Below are positions 36,619 through 46,619 of a DNA stretch of 64,000 nt, in pieces. Each line of letters starts with the position of its first letter. Positions within the stretch are counted from its first letter, which is position 1. This DNA is from a virus: the IMG/VR virus record IMGVR_UViG_3300017725_000001, positions 1 through 64,000 of that record; one strand, given 5' to 3'. A program made the position numbers and the translations under genes. The notes below the pieces were generated by a model. That model did not search any database, was not told where the DNA came from, and saw nothing but the letters and a program-made list of their open reading frames with translations.

Positions 36619-36827
36619 TATAGGCTCCCTTTCATTCTTTCATAGAATACTTTATTATTCTCAACTATTTTTTTAACAACATTTTTGTTAACCAAGTTTT
36701 GAATTAAAATTAAATCTCGTTCGTTTAGATCGTCTTTGCATTTACGTTCTAACAAATTCTCATAACATTCACTTTCGTGAACTGAGATGAATACTGGAAT
36801 GCCTCCGGGTTGTTCAATCGTTTTCAT
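36618..36827 (-). CDS. Small hypothetical protein (winged-helix-like)
   Basis: LNERD..LIQNLVNKNVV. Confidence 0.5.
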   Translation of the reverse strand: MKTIEQPGGIPVFISVHESECYENLLERKCKDDLNERDLILIQNLVNKNVVKKIVENNKVFYERMKGSL

Positions 36828-37339
36828 TAACGACCTCCCATTGCCAATTGTTTAAGTCTTTCAATTTCTTGTGCATTTATATTTGATTGTTGCTGGTTTG
36901 CATCTGATTTATATTTGTTTTCAGCTCTTTCAATATCATCTGGATCTGCACTACCTGCTCTTACTGCTCCTTGACCAGTTGGTTGTTTATTTGAACCCGC
37001 TACATATCTTTGTGGGTTACTTGAATCTCTTTTTGCATCTTGTTGTGCATTAGTAAAGTCTCTTTGATCATTGCCGTTGTTTGATGCTCTAATTGTAGCA
37101 TTACTTGGCTTGGCTGTTTGTATTGTTCCATACCCAGCTTCATTGACTCTACTTAAATCTATAATTGATGAAAATTTATCATTGTCTTCATTTTTAATTG
37201 AATCTAATAAGTTAAGTGTATCGCCAAAAGATAACCCTTTTAATTGTTCCATGATGTCATCTTTTTTAAGTTCTAATCCGAACTTAACGTTAGCATAATC
37301 TATTACACTATCTACTGTACTATTATTTACTATTTCCAT
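36827..37339 (-). CDS. Hypothetical head-associated protein
   Basis: VNE site; C-terminal EIERLKQLA motif. Confidence 0.55.
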   Translation of the reverse strand: MEIVNNSTVDSVIDYANVKFGLELKKDDIMEQLKGLSFGDTLNLLDSIKNEDNDKFSSIIDLSRVNEAGYGTIQTAKPSNATIRASNNGNDQRDFTNAQQDAKRDSSNPQRYVAGSNKQPTGQGAVRAGSADPDDIERAENKYKSDANQQQSNINAQEIERLKQLAMGGR

Positions 37340-37340
37340 C

Positions 37341-37628
37341 TTAACCTCTAGCTTTGTTTAATCTAGCAACAATACGACTTGCAGGATTTAACCTTTTAGA
37401 ACGTACTGCCGCCTTTTGCATACGAGCACCTTTTTGTGCTCTTGTTTTTCTCATTACGAATCTCTTTTTGAGATCCATAGGTGCCGCACATTGACTAGGA
37501 TTTGCTACAATTCTATTCTTACGAATACCAACTGTGCAACGAAACTTCCTAGTTACAGCTTTACCTCTTCTAGCAAAAATTAATTTTGCTTCAGAAATTA
37601 CTGTATTGTACGACTCATTTAATAACAT
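37341..37628 (-). CDS. Basic small virion protein
   Basis: MLLNE..ISE, then an R/K-rich region with two Cys. Confidence 0.6.
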   Translation of the reverse strand: MLLNESYNTVISEAKLIFARRGKAVTRKFRCTVGIRKNRIVANPSQCAAPMDLKKRFVMRKTRAQKGARMQKAAVRSKRLNPASRIVARLNKARG

Positions 37629-37915
37629 TAACCTGCACCCAATAACGGAGTTACTGTATTTAAATTTAGTAACAACAATACTATTGTTGAGAGCAATCCT
37701 GCAATAACCGTTGCCGCGGCTCCAATGATTAGCTTGTTACTAGACATACTTGCTGATGTTTGCTTTTCTGCTACTTTACTCATAGCCGTAGTTAAGCCAT
37801 CCACTTTAGTTTCTAATCTATTTAATTTTTCTTCCAACACGCGATACCTTTCCGCACACAGATCAACGTGTGCCTCTAGATTTTCACGCTCAAGCCTTGA
37901 CTGATTCATTGCCAT
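37628..37915 (-). CDS. Coiled-coil plus TM small protein
   Basis: LEAHVDLCAERY coiled coil and a C-terminal TM. Confidence 0.6.
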   Translation of the reverse strand: MAMNQSRLERENLEAHVDLCAERYRVLEEKLNRLETKVDGLTTAMSKVAEKQTSASMSSNKLIIGAAATVIAGLLSTIVLLLLNLNTVTPLLGAG

Positions 37916-37994
37916 ATTATGTTCTCACATTCTTTGACAGCGTCTTATTAAGAGCTGATTTGTATGAGTACAATCATTCGTACTCTACTACTAT

Positions 37995-38453
37995 TTATAT
38001 GTTTTCACTATATTTAAAGTAAGTATTTTTCTTATTCACTGTATTTGTGTCAATTATCTCTGGATCAATGCTTATTGTTTCGTTTAAATCTTCGTGTATT
38101 GGCATTTTATCAAAGTCTTCTTTTAACATATAAACGTCATTATTATCTTTTTTCCATGCATCTGCTGTCTCACTAGCAAATTTTAACACCCATACGGTAT
38201 GAGTGCCTGTAAAATTTGTGCCAAATTCATATTTGCTTATATCTTGCGAATCTAAAATTTGTACACTACTTAAAACTGGTTGAGATCTTAGACTAATACT
38301 TTGGATAAATGTATTCAAGTTCTGTGCTTGGAAATACCCACTTGCACTTGTTTTTGGACTTACTACACCAGAATCTGTTATATCAATCAAGGTGTAAACC
38401 GTATAAAAATCAGTTGAGCCTGTTAATACTTCAACTGGCCTTGAAACTGCCAT
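37995..38453 (-). CDS. Conserved hypothetical protein
   Basis: YTLIDIT..G, QN.NT..Q.ISLRSQP, NTYF. Confidence 0.6.
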   Translation of the reverse strand: MAVSRPVEVLTGSTDFYTVYTLIDITDSGVVSPKTSASGYFQAQNLNTFIQSISLRSQPVLSSVQILDSQDISKYEFGTNFTGTHTVWVLKFASETADAWKKDNNDVYMLKEDFDKMPIHEDLNETISIDPEIIDTNTVNKKNTYFKYSENI

Positions 38454-38454
38454 A

Positions 38455-39219
38455 TTACATACCTGTCATTTTACCAGCAGTATATCCAGCCGCAAATGCC
38501 GCCGCTCCACGTGCAATACGTTTACCTATACTACCTTTTTTCTTATTGTCTATCTCTAATCCTGCTTCGTTTGCATACTTTGTAAATATTGGATTTAAAT
38601 CACTTCTTCTAGCATTTAATCTAAAATATTTTGTTAATTGTGTAGCCGCTAATTGTCTTTGAGTAGTATTTAAAGTATCCCACTCACCTACTAGTCTTCT
38701 AGCCGCTTTTAGTTTTGGATCTTGTATTGCTAAATTTTTTTCTAATCTATAAAAGAAAGCCTGTGCTTGTCCTGTGTTTATCTTTCCTGATTCAATTTGT
38801 TTTAAAAAGTTTCTAATTCTTTTTTGTTCTACATTAACTTTAGCAAGTAATAACTTATCTGCTTCTGAATCAGCTAATCCTGTGGGTTTTAATGTAGAGT
38901 GTATTGTTTGATATAAATCTGTTCCACTAGGACTAGGTTTATTCCAATTTGAAAACATACTTGTTCTACGTGCATATTCTTTTGCTACTGGTGCATATTT
39001 GTAATCATTTGCCATTGCGTATAAACTCATCATACTTACAAAAACATGATCTGTTAATGATCTAGCACCTTGAGCTTTAATCATATCACGAGTTCGAAAC
39101 ATTCTAGCTTCGCCTAATGAATTAATAAATTCTAAATACGGCTCTTCGCTATCTTTGGGCATTTCGTGTCCGCCTTGCATTGCCGAATATTGTTCTAATG
39201 TATATTTTTCTTTGCTCAT
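38455..39219 (-). CDS. Hypothetical virion protein
   Basis: FINSLGEARM; glycine-zipper-like C-terminus. Confidence 0.55.
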   Translation of the reverse strand: MSKEKYTLEQYSAMQGGHEMPKDSEEPYLEFINSLGEARMFRTRDMIKAQGARSLTDHVFVSMMSLYAMANDYKYAPVAKEYARRTSMFSNWNKPSPSGTDLYQTIHSTLKPTGLADSEADKLLLAKVNVEQKRIRNFLKQIESGKINTGQAQAFFYRLEKNLAIQDPKLKAARRLVGEWDTLNTTQRQLAATQLTKYFRLNARRSDLNPIFTKYANEAGLEIDNKKKGSIGKRIARGAAAFAAGYTAGKMTGM

Positions 39220-40367
39220 GGATTATTCCTTGCAAAATTTGCTTGTGAGAATGTTGATCTATTAACCAACTTAACATCTTTATCTACTACATAACCTTCG
39301 CCATCTTTTACTGCTTGTATATCAGCTTTTTGATTATCTAATAATTCAATTACTTTATTTTTTACAGTCTTAATTCCCTTAATAAAACTAAATGTAGCAT
39401 TAAAGCCTTTTGCTTTAGTATTTACATAATCTAATAATCTCTCTTTTTTAGGTTCAGATAAATTACTACTTTGTACCCATTGTACAAAATTTGCTCCTAG
39501 ATTATCTAGTGATTTATTTTTTACACTAGCATTTATATATTGATAAAGTATCTCACCAAAATTTTTCATTTTAAGTTCTGCTGGTACATTGAATAAATCA
39601 TCTATTGCTTTTGCATTCTTATTTAAATAATTTTCTAATTCATCTACTTGAGGTAGATCTACTCCAGGTGATTTTTGCATTGTAACTGGTGGCATAATCA
39701 TTGTTGCTCCTTGTTGGAACTGTCCCATATCAACATTGCTAGTAGTACCATCTAATCCTATAGCTTTATGTATTACAACTCCTACTTCACTTGCGAGTAT
39801 CTTTTTGCCAATATCACTATTAGCAACAACTTCATACTTTGTAGTATTTGGCATAAGAGTAATTTTATTATTTTCTTCAGTAGGCTTGTTCATCCATAAT
39901 AGGTCACCTATAACGTAACCTCTGAATCCTTCTGGAACTGTGCTTTCTACTTTATCCCATATACCACCCATTGTTTTTGCAAAGTCTGCATTATCTGGGT
40001 TTCTGTTAACTATCATATCTTCTAGTCCTTTAGAACTAGTTACTCTACCATTATATTTTACTGCACCAAATCCTGATTTATCAGTTAAAACAAATTCACC
40101 TTTTTCATTACGCCCAAATACTATTGCTGGTCTTCCGTCCCATTTAATAGTAACTGAACCAGGATTTTGTTCAACTTGATGTAGTGTACTGATTGCTTTT
40201 TTACCGCCTGCTACCCCATCACGAAGAATTAAATCTTCAAGATGTTGTATTCTTGCGTTTTCTTTAAGATTTGCTTTGTACAAATCTTTTTGAATAATTC
40301 TGTGTTTTCTGTTATCTCTGGATTTACGTTTCTTAGACCCAACAAATAGTATTTCTTTTATTTTCAT
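39216..40367 (-). CDS. RNA-ligase-fold nucleotidyltransferase (DUF6267-like)
   Basis: HLED, TIKWDGRPA (motif I KxDG), GDLLW, EGYVV (IV), KLVNR (V). Confidence 0.7.
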   Translation of the reverse strand: MKIKEILFVGSKKRKSRDNRKHRIIQKDLYKANLKENARIQHLEDLILRDGVAGGKKAISTLHQVEQNPGSVTIKWDGRPAIVFGRNEKGEFVLTDKSGFGAVKYNGRVTSSKGLEDMIVNRNPDNADFAKTMGGIWDKVESTVPEGFRGYVIGDLLWMNKPTEENNKITLMPNTTKYEVVANSDIGKKILASEVGVVIHKAIGLDGTTSNVDMGQFQQGATMIMPPVTMQKSPGVDLPQVDELENYLNKNAKAIDDLFNVPAELKMKNFGEILYQYINASVKNKSLDNLGANFVQWVQSSNLSEPKKERLLDYVNTKAKGFNATFSFIKGIKTVKNKVIELLDNQKADIQAVKDGEGYVVDKDVKLVNRSTFSQANFARNNP

Positions 40368-40612
40368 CTTGATGTCCTGATTTTTTTGATACCTCGATTA
40401 AAACGTTCGGGATCTCTATTTTTAATACTTAACATAATCCTTTTGTTTAAATCTTGAGCTGTTTCAGAATCAAAATTTGCATCAATCATTTCAAGAATAT
40501 TGATAATACTACTGATAGCATTGGTACCTCTACTCTCAAGGATTGCGTTTTTATCTTTCTTAGGTGCTAAAGAGTTTATTTCCTCTAACAAGCTACGAGT
40601 GCGTTTTTTCAT
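40364..40612 (-). CDS. Conserved hypothetical protein
   Basis: TRSLLEEI..ESR...RF.RGI; late box at 40646-40653. Confidence 0.6.
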   Translation of the reverse strand: MKKRTRSLLEEINSLAPKKDKNAILESRGTNAISSIINILEMIDANFDSETAQDLNKRIMLSIKNRDPERFNRGIKKIRTSR

Positions 40613-40652
40613 TGTATCTCTCCAGTAATAATTTACTTATAACTGTATTTAT

Positions 40653-42059
40653 CTAATTATTACTTCTTTTCAGCATACTTCGAAGTTTGTCGTGTCCAGA
40701 TAATGTGTTCTCTACTACACTATTTTCAGCTATACTCTTCTCTTGATGGGTTACTTTGTTCTGTGCTTTAATTTTTTCAAACATAGCACTAGGTTGATTA
40801 GCTACAGATCCTTGCTCTTCTTCTGCTAAATCGCTAATACGAAGCCCAGATACGTCAAATGCTAGGTCTACTTTTTGCCCCACTCCACTACTACTTCTAG
40901 TCTTCATAAACTGTATTTGATATCTGCCTCTTTCACGCATTGCTTGGCTACTAAAAATACCAATAACGTTATCTGCTGTCTGAATTTTACTTAAACCACC
41001 AGCAATATGAGAGTGATCAAATTCTACTTCTTCTACTGCACTTCTGTTTAACTGAGATGCTGTCGCTAGTAATATATCATTTTCTACTGCAAAATTACGC
41101 AATTCTTCTGATACAAACTTGTCTTTAATAAACAGATCACTTGGACTTACTTTGCTCTGTGCTGGCATCATTAAGTCTAAGTAATCAACACATACTCCAT
41201 CAATTTTTATATTGTTTTTTACTTCATACTCTTTAATAAAACTTGTAATAGTGTTAACTGTAATACCATTAGGTAATTGTACAATTTGCAATTTACCCGC
41301 ATCTTTACCTTGCATACGAACTTTTAAATCTACATCATCTGCATTTTTAAATACTTCTCTGGTATTCATTCCTGTTAGCATACTATCTAATCGCATACTA
41401 CATAGTTCTTCACTTAATTCTAAACTAATATAAATTACATTTTGCCCTGCTAGTGCCCAGTTCAATGCCAAATTCTGTAAGAACAAACTTTTACCACCAC
41501 CTGACGGTGCGGCAAATATATTTAATTCTCCTCTGTTAAATCCACCATATAGTTTTTTATCTACTTCAGCCCAACCTGTGCTAATACCACCTCTTTGATT
41601 TCTTATACGTTCAATACGTTCAGCTGGACTTTTCCAATAATCTGTACCCATATGTTTTGCTAAACCTAATTGTACTGCTTCTTTTACCATTCTTTCTACA
41701 GGACCATATTCGCCCTTTTCTAAAAGATCAGCACTTTTTAAAATTGCACTTTCTAATGCTTTATGTCTACAAAATATTTCAAACTCATCTATAAACCATT
41801 TCTTATGTCTATCATCAACATCTTTTAATGGCTGTAGTTCTAAATTTGAGATTGCTTTAATTTGATCTAGTGTAGGCAATGCTTGATATTCTGTTGCATG
41901 ACTTTGTACAAATTCGACGGTTTTACGTAGCTCTCTGTCAAAGAATTCAGGATTTAATATTGCATTTACTCTAACAAATAAATCTTGATCTTGTGACAAG
42001 AATTCTACAAACAATCTTTGTAGATCTACTGAATATTCTTTACCTTCGTTCATTTGCAA
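40653..42059 (-). CDS. Replicative DnaB-like helicase (T4 gp41-like)
   Basis: GISTGW, APSGGGKS, SLELSEE, VDYLDLM, ASQLNR, KTR. Confidence 0.92.
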   Translation of the reverse strand: MQMNEGKEYSVDLQRLFVEFLSQDQDLFVRVNAILNPEFFDRELRKTVEFVQSHATEYQALPTLDQIKAISNLELQPLKDVDDRHKKWFIDEFEIFCRHKALESAILKSADLLEKGEYGPVERMVKEAVQLGLAKHMGTDYWKSPAERIERIRNQRGGISTGWAEVDKKLYGGFNRGELNIFAAPSGGGKSLFLQNLALNWALAGQNVIYISLELSEELCSMRLDSMLTGMNTREVFKNADDVDLKVRMQGKDAGKLQIVQLPNGITVNTITSFIKEYEVKNNIKIDGVCVDYLDLMMPAQSKVSPSDLFIKDKFVSEELRNFAVENDILLATASQLNRSAVEEVEFDHSHIAGGLSKIQTADNVIGIFSSQAMRERGRYQIQFMKTRSSSGVGQKVDLAFDVSGLRISDLAEEEQGSVANQPSAMFEKIKAQNKVTHQEKSIAENSVVENTLSGHDKLRSMLKRSNN

Positions 42060-43060
42060 ACCTTCCTCATTAATAGTTCAATTTTTGTTGGATTTTTGTG
42101 CCTACTATTTATAATACTTCTTATTGTATACAATCTTCCGTATTTTGTCAAGGCATCACTTGCATCTTTACAATCTTTCCATTCTGGAAAGGATACACTG
42201 AAACCATGTTTTATAGCAGACTTACACATCATTTTACCAGGTTCATCTAAATCTGGTAATACTATAATTTCTTTATCAAGGCTTTTTAATATCTCAGCCT
42301 GTTCTTCGTTTATATTATTTCTACCTGTAGCACAACCATCTGTTACTATAGCATCAAGTTGACCTTCTGTAACTATAACCATTTCTCTATTTCTTGTTTG
42401 CCTATCAAGCCCATATACAAAATCTGCTTTAGGTTGTTGATTATAATATTTTGCTACTTCCTTAGGTGGAGTTCCTATCCATCTAGCAGTATAGCCTACT
42501 ATATCATTCTTATACGTAAATGGTATAATAAATCTTCTGTTCATTCTACCAAATTGTTTACTAGGGCTATACATAAGTCTAGAGTCAGTTACATCAAATC
42601 CTCTACTAGTTAAATATGATACTGCATCAATCCAATTTTGATCAGGATCTTTAAATTCCATAAACGGCTTTGCACCCTCTGGTAAATCTTTTTTATCCCA
42701 ACCAATATTTAATTGCTTTGGTTTTTCTTTTTTAATTAATAACGTAGCAACATCTTGCTCACGTAATAACTCTAGTTGAATACGATGTATATCGTTTTCA
42801 TCTGCACCTAATATAGTTAATAATTTTTTTAATTTGTTTGTTATTCTATTATGTTGTGTATACCCTGTTTTATAATTGCAATTAAAACAATTATATTGAA
42901 AATGATCTTCTTCAAAATAAAAACCACCTCTGCCTTTTGTATCTGGCCTGCTTTCACCGTTTCTTACACACATAGGACAATTACCAGAAACCCACCCATT
43001 GGGGTTACTTCGCCAGTTAGTAGGTATCAGAGTTCGAACGTAGTCATTCATTAAAGTCAT
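42050..43060 (-). CDS. DNA primase (T4 gp61-like)
   Basis: Zn ribbon CPMC/CFNC, GYTAR, TEGQLDA, PDLD, KDASD TOPRIM motifs. Confidence 0.9.
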   Translation of the reverse strand: MTLMNDYVRTLIPTNWRSNPNGWVSGNCPMCVRNGESRPDTKGRGGFYFEEDHFQYNCFNCNYKTGYTQHNRITNKLKKLLTILGADENDIHRIQLELLREQDVATLLIKKEKPKQLNIGWDKKDLPEGAKPFMEFKDPDQNWIDAVSYLTSRGFDVTDSRLMYSPSKQFGRMNRRFIIPFTYKNDIVGYTARWIGTPPKEVAKYYNQQPKADFVYGLDRQTRNREMVIVTEGQLDAIVTDGCATGRNNINEEQAEILKSLDKEIIVLPDLDEPGKMMCKSAIKHGFSVSFPEWKDCKDASDALTKYGRLYTIRSIINSRHKNPTKIELLMRKVCK

Positions 43061-43066
43061 AAGTGT

Positions 43067-43095
43067 ATATTACACTCTAATTACGACTTTGTCAA
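43067..43095 (-). promoter_or_regulatory. sigma70 promoter giving a leaderless primase mRNA
   Basis: TTGACA-N17-TAATAT-N6-ATG(43060), embedded in the 3' end of the upstream gene. Confidence 0.75.
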
Positions 43096-43903
43096 GTGTT
43101 CCTGCTGATTGAGTAAATTTTGCTCTTAGATATTTAACGTTTGTTCGAAAAGTCCAAGGATCTATACCTGTATGGTTTAAATATGGAAAATATGTTTGAG
43201 TATTTGTACCAAGTGTGATATCAAACCAATCTGGTTCTGTAGGGTTATCACTTAAAGTACCTTGCATATAAAAATTACCAGTATAACCTGTACCATATAC
43301 TCCTATTGTTACTAATCCATTTGGTTTATCATAATAACCTGTTGCTTTTAATGAACTACTGTAATAGAATGTTTGATTGTTTACTGTTTGTTGTTGAAAG
43401 TTCTCATCTGCTTGTGTAGTAAGTGGTAATGCGTCACCTTCTTCACTTACATCTACAGTAAAGTTAGGTCTCATATTTAAATCACAAAATAATGGAACTG
43501 TTAGTCCTGTATCCGTAGTATAACTAAACACTAAATCATAATGTCCTTGTGAAAATCTTCCACTTTCACCTACTGTTATTATTACTTTAATACCACCTTG
43601 TATATAATCTGTGATAATTGCTTTCTTACTTATTGTAGTTGACCTATCGTCTCTATCAATAAAAGAACAATATACTGTTGTACCTTGTAACATTACTGGT
43701 TTTCTATCTTGATTTTTAATAAAAAAGAAAAACTCATTATCAAATCCACGAAACAGTTTTAAGAATCTATAATTCATAGGACTATTAACTGCGGTACCTT
43801 TTGCACCTGCGTATTTTGCTTGTCCTGCTGGTGTTCCGTGATCTTCTAATGTATAAAGATCGCCTTCTTGATTAACTTGGTATGTAGTTCCGTAATTTGA
43901 CAT
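43070..43903 (-). CDS. Putative virion structural protein
   Basis: Beta-rich; IKNQDRKP; late box at 43921-43928 and AGGAG SD. Confidence 0.55.
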   Translation of the reverse strand: MSNYGTTYQVNQEGDLYTLEDHGTPAGQAKYAGAKGTAVNSPMNYRFLKLFRGFDNEFFFFIKNQDRKPVMLQGTTVYCSFIDRDDRSTTISKKAIITDYIQGGIKVIITVGESGRFSQGHYDLVFSYTTDTGLTVPLFCDLNMRPNFTVDVSEEGDALPLTTQADENFQQQTVNNQTFYYSSSLKATGYYDKPNGLVTIGVYGTGYTGNFYMQGTLSDNPTEPDWFDITLGTNTQTYFPYLNHTGIDPWTFRTNVKYLRAKFTQSAGTLDKVVIRV

Positions 43904-43964
43904 ATATTGCTCCTATGTAGTATTTATCCAAAGTGGAGATTTCAAAAGGCTAAATACCTATAGA

Positions 43965-44336
43965 ATGCAAACCAAACATCAGAAACTCTTAGAGCAATAT
44001 CCATTCTTAACCGTCATTGAGTATGCCAACAACGAATACCTGGGTATAATGCAGAATATAGATAGTCACGTGGCTAGTATGTACATCTACGATCGTCTTA
44101 GCGAAGAGTATGAAAAAATGAAATTTTTAGAATTAGGTGAAGAATGGTGGTGGGAAACTAATAGAAAACTTCCAATAAACATTGCATTACTTAATAGATG
44201 GAACTTTGCCCATTGTGTACAAAGTTTTAATGTTAAACAAATGGAAGTAATTGCTGGGCCCGAAGTTAGATTAAGTAATAGTATTACTAAACGTATAAAA
44301 CGTAGAAGTATTAATCTTGTAAAGAAAGGCCCGTAG
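43965..44336 (+). CDS. Conserved hypothetical protein (the only credible plus-strand gene)
   Basis: YPFL..EYLGI.QN, FLELGEEWWWETNR.LPI; divergent CTAAATA box at 43950-43956. Confidence 0.7.
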   Translation: MQTKHQKLLEQYPFLTVIEYANNEYLGIMQNIDSHVASMYIYDRLSEEYEKMKFLELGEEWWWETNRKLPINIALLNRWNFAHCVQSFNVKQMEVIAGPEVRLSNSITKRIKRRSINLVKKGP

Positions 44337-44895
44337 CCATCATATTTAATTGTAAGACAATAGCTAATGCATATGCATGAGCATGAGCTTTTTTAAAAAA
44401 GTATTCATCGCCTGATGGCTTTTTCCAAACATTTTCATTTATATTATTCCAATTTTGTTTTAACAAATGACGTTTAGCAGGTCTTATTACTGCTAGTACT
44501 GCCGCTAATTGTTCAACACTTTTAGGTTTTAAAGTGTTAACTATATCAAAATGTTTATGTATATGAAAGCATTTTTCTACTACCTCTTTATGCTCTAACA
44601 ACTCCCACATTGGCTCCATTGCTAACAGTTGATTAAGATGTTCTTTTGATTTTATATCTTTATACAAGCCAACATTAAGTACATCAATTTTAAAGTAACC
44701 CATATCTTCTGCTTCTTTGTAGTCTACACTAGATAGTCCTGTAAATGGATTACTAGGCATATCATGAAAGTATACGCCTGTATTATGTTTTGTTTGTTTG
44801 TTTTCTTTTAATATCATAGCAGTAGTACCTTTAATTAATTTTAAAAGTCTGTTTCTATCTGCTACATCAATATCAATATCTGTATTAACTATCAT
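44311..44895 (-). CDS. Miniature family-C (DnaE-like) polymerase catalytic core
   Basis: DIDID, KHNTGVY, FKIDVL, IRPA, YFFKKAHAHAYA in only 194 aa. Confidence 0.8.
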   Translation of the reverse strand: MIVNTDIDIDVADRNRLLKLIKGTTAMILKENKQTKHNTGVYFHDMPSNPFTGLSSVDYKEAEDMGYFKIDVLNVGLYKDIKSKEHLNQLLAMEPMWELLEHKEVVEKCFHIHKHFDIVNTLKPKSVEQLAAVLAVIRPAKRHLLKQNWNNINENVWKKPSGDEYFFKKAHAHAYALAIVLQLNMMATGLSLQD

Positions 44896-44977
44896 TTGGA
44901 TCCTCTTTATTCATTTTGTATAACAAGTATACAGGAATTATAAAACAACACAATATACAAAGTATTGGTATTATCAT
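44885..44977 (-). CDS. 30-aa membrane peptide
   Basis: MIIPILCILCCFIIPVYLLYKMNKEDPNDS; ATGA overlap upstream and fills the gap exactly. Confidence 0.45.
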   Translation of the reverse strand: MIIPILCILCCFIIPVYLLYKMNKEDPNDS

Positions 44978-45645
44978 AATTCTGCTTTTTGCAATATCTC
45001 CGTAACCCATCTACTATCTTGTGGGTTTACACTCATGGCTCTTTGCCAATAGTCTATTTCTAAAAATTCATTAACCATTTTTAATTGTTCTGTACTAAAA
45101 TTATCAATCATAACTTGTGCTTCGCTACTATGAAACAATACCCAAGGAGATATCTTTCCACTACAAATATGAAATACGGCTAAATTTGTAGATATTTTTG
45201 TAAAATATTTGTTATAGGTTGTATCGTTTTCTTTTGCCCATTCTTGTAAAAATAATATAGTACGTTCTACACCTCTATCTACACTTTCTGTTTTTAAACG
45301 TTCTTTCATCCACTTCTTAAATTGTGAATCTCTATTCCAATGATCTAGCCTTACTGAATTCCTAACTAGCCATTCTGTAAATGCTGGAACATCATCTATT
45401 CCAATATCTCTACAATAATAACCAAATTTTACAAATGCAGTATAATATGGACTTGTTGCAAATTCATCATATGTCTTTTCATTTTTAGAATTAGTACCTA
45501 TTCTATAAAATAATTGATAAGACCTAAATCCTAATTGTACGTGCTTTTCATCTTTTTGCATGAACCTACGTTTTTGTTCACACATATGTACTGATAGTGT
45601 GCTTTCTTTTGCAAATGATTTTCCACAATAGTTACACTTAAACAT
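44974..45645 (-). CDS. Zinc-finger replication accessory protein
   Basis: CNYC..F...TL..HMC N-terminus; GKISPW. Confidence 0.6.
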   Translation of the reverse strand: MFKCNYCGKSFAKESTLSVHMCEQKRRFMQKDEKHVQLGFRSYQLFYRIGTNSKNEKTYDEFATSPYYTAFVKFGYYCRDIGIDDVPAFTEWLVRNSVRLDHWNRDSQFKKWMKERLKTESVDRGVERTILFLQEWAKENDTTYNKYFTKISTNLAVFHICSGKISPWVLFHSSEAQVMIDNFSTEQLKMVNEFLEIDYWQRAMSVNPQDSRWVTEILQKAEL

Positions 45646-45971
45646 TAATGATTCCTTTTGCCATCAAATACACAAACAAAATATAAACCTTGTGGTCCAC
45701 ATTTGACTCTATGATGCACTCCATCTTCAATTAACACAACATCACCAGCTTGTACAAACATCTCTTTATCATCTAGCCACATAGTACCAGCTCCTTTAAC
45801 AAAGTAATATACTTCTTCTTGTCCACTATGGTTATGCCCACGTGTTGACTTATATGGGTGTAATTCTGTACTGCTTAATACTAGGTTGTTTAATAACTTG
45901 TTATCTTTTAATATGTAAGTTTCGTTATCTTTAATAACTTCTCCACCAATATCCATTATATTGTATTTCAT
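45645..45971 (-). CDS. Cupin-domain protein
   Basis: GHNH..QEEVYYF..G.G, GDVVLI..GVHHRV. Confidence 0.8.
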   Translation of the reverse strand: MKYNIMDIGGEVIKDNETYILKDNKLLNNLVLSSTELHPYKSTRGHNHSGQEEVYYFVKGAGTMWLDDKEMFVQAGDVVLIEDGVHHRVKCGPQGLYFVCVFDGKRNH

Positions 45972-46426
45972 TTTAATAACTCTTTTATTTCTTTTTTAGT
46001 CATTCCGTATTCCTCAAATAACTCAATAAAGTCTTCTTTAGTTTTATTGCTTATAAAAATATCAACTTCGTCATCATTTAATTGACTGTAGTTTTTAACT
46101 ACCCACTCTTGTATCTTATTTTTCTTACCTCGTTTACCCGGTGCTATCCAAGGATGAAATGTAGGTTTGCCAAGTCCTACTAATTGTAATAGTTTAAACT
46201 GTAATTCAGGATGTTGTCGTAATTTATTAAAATGAACATTGACTACTTCATTAGTCCATTCTAAGTAATGCTCTGTAAAGTTTTTATCACCTGCACTACT
46301 TGTATATCTCATTAACGGCCAAAGACTTAATTTACCTTTTTCTTCATCTGTAAGACTATTGTACCATTTTCTATCTTTGGTATCAATTGCTCTCATTTCA
46401 CTCTTAATATCTAGCTTACTCATCAT
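45968..46426 (-). CDS. Clamp-loader small subunit-like (T4 gp62-like)
   Basis: Helical; HPELQFKLL..FHPWI..K pattern; replication operon context. Confidence 0.55.
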   Translation of the reverse strand: MMSKLDIKSEMRAIDTKDRKWYNSLTDEEKGKLSLWPLMRYTSSAGDKNFTEHYLEWTNEVVNVHFNKLRQHPELQFKLLQLVGLGKPTFHPWIAPGKRGKKNKIQEWVVKNYSQLNDDEVDIFISNKTKEDFIELFEEYGMTKKEIKELLK

Positions 46427-46619
46427 TTGCCTTTATGTCTTGTGCTATCATATCGTATATGCTACTGTAACACCATTCACAAAATGTAACTGGTAATATA
46501 CCAAAGTGTCCTTGTATTCCACCTGCATCTTCATTGTACTTACTATCACATATGCTACAAGTATCTTTTGGTTTAAATGGATCTTCTTGTTGTTTCTTCA
46601 TAATACTACCAAAGTTCAC
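46416..46619 (-). CDS. Small Zn-binding protein
   Basis: CSIC...CEWC. Confidence 0.5.
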   Translation of the reverse strand: MNFGSIMKKQQEDPFKPKDTCSICDSKYNEDAGGIQGHFGILPVTFCEWCYSSIYDMIAQDIKANDE

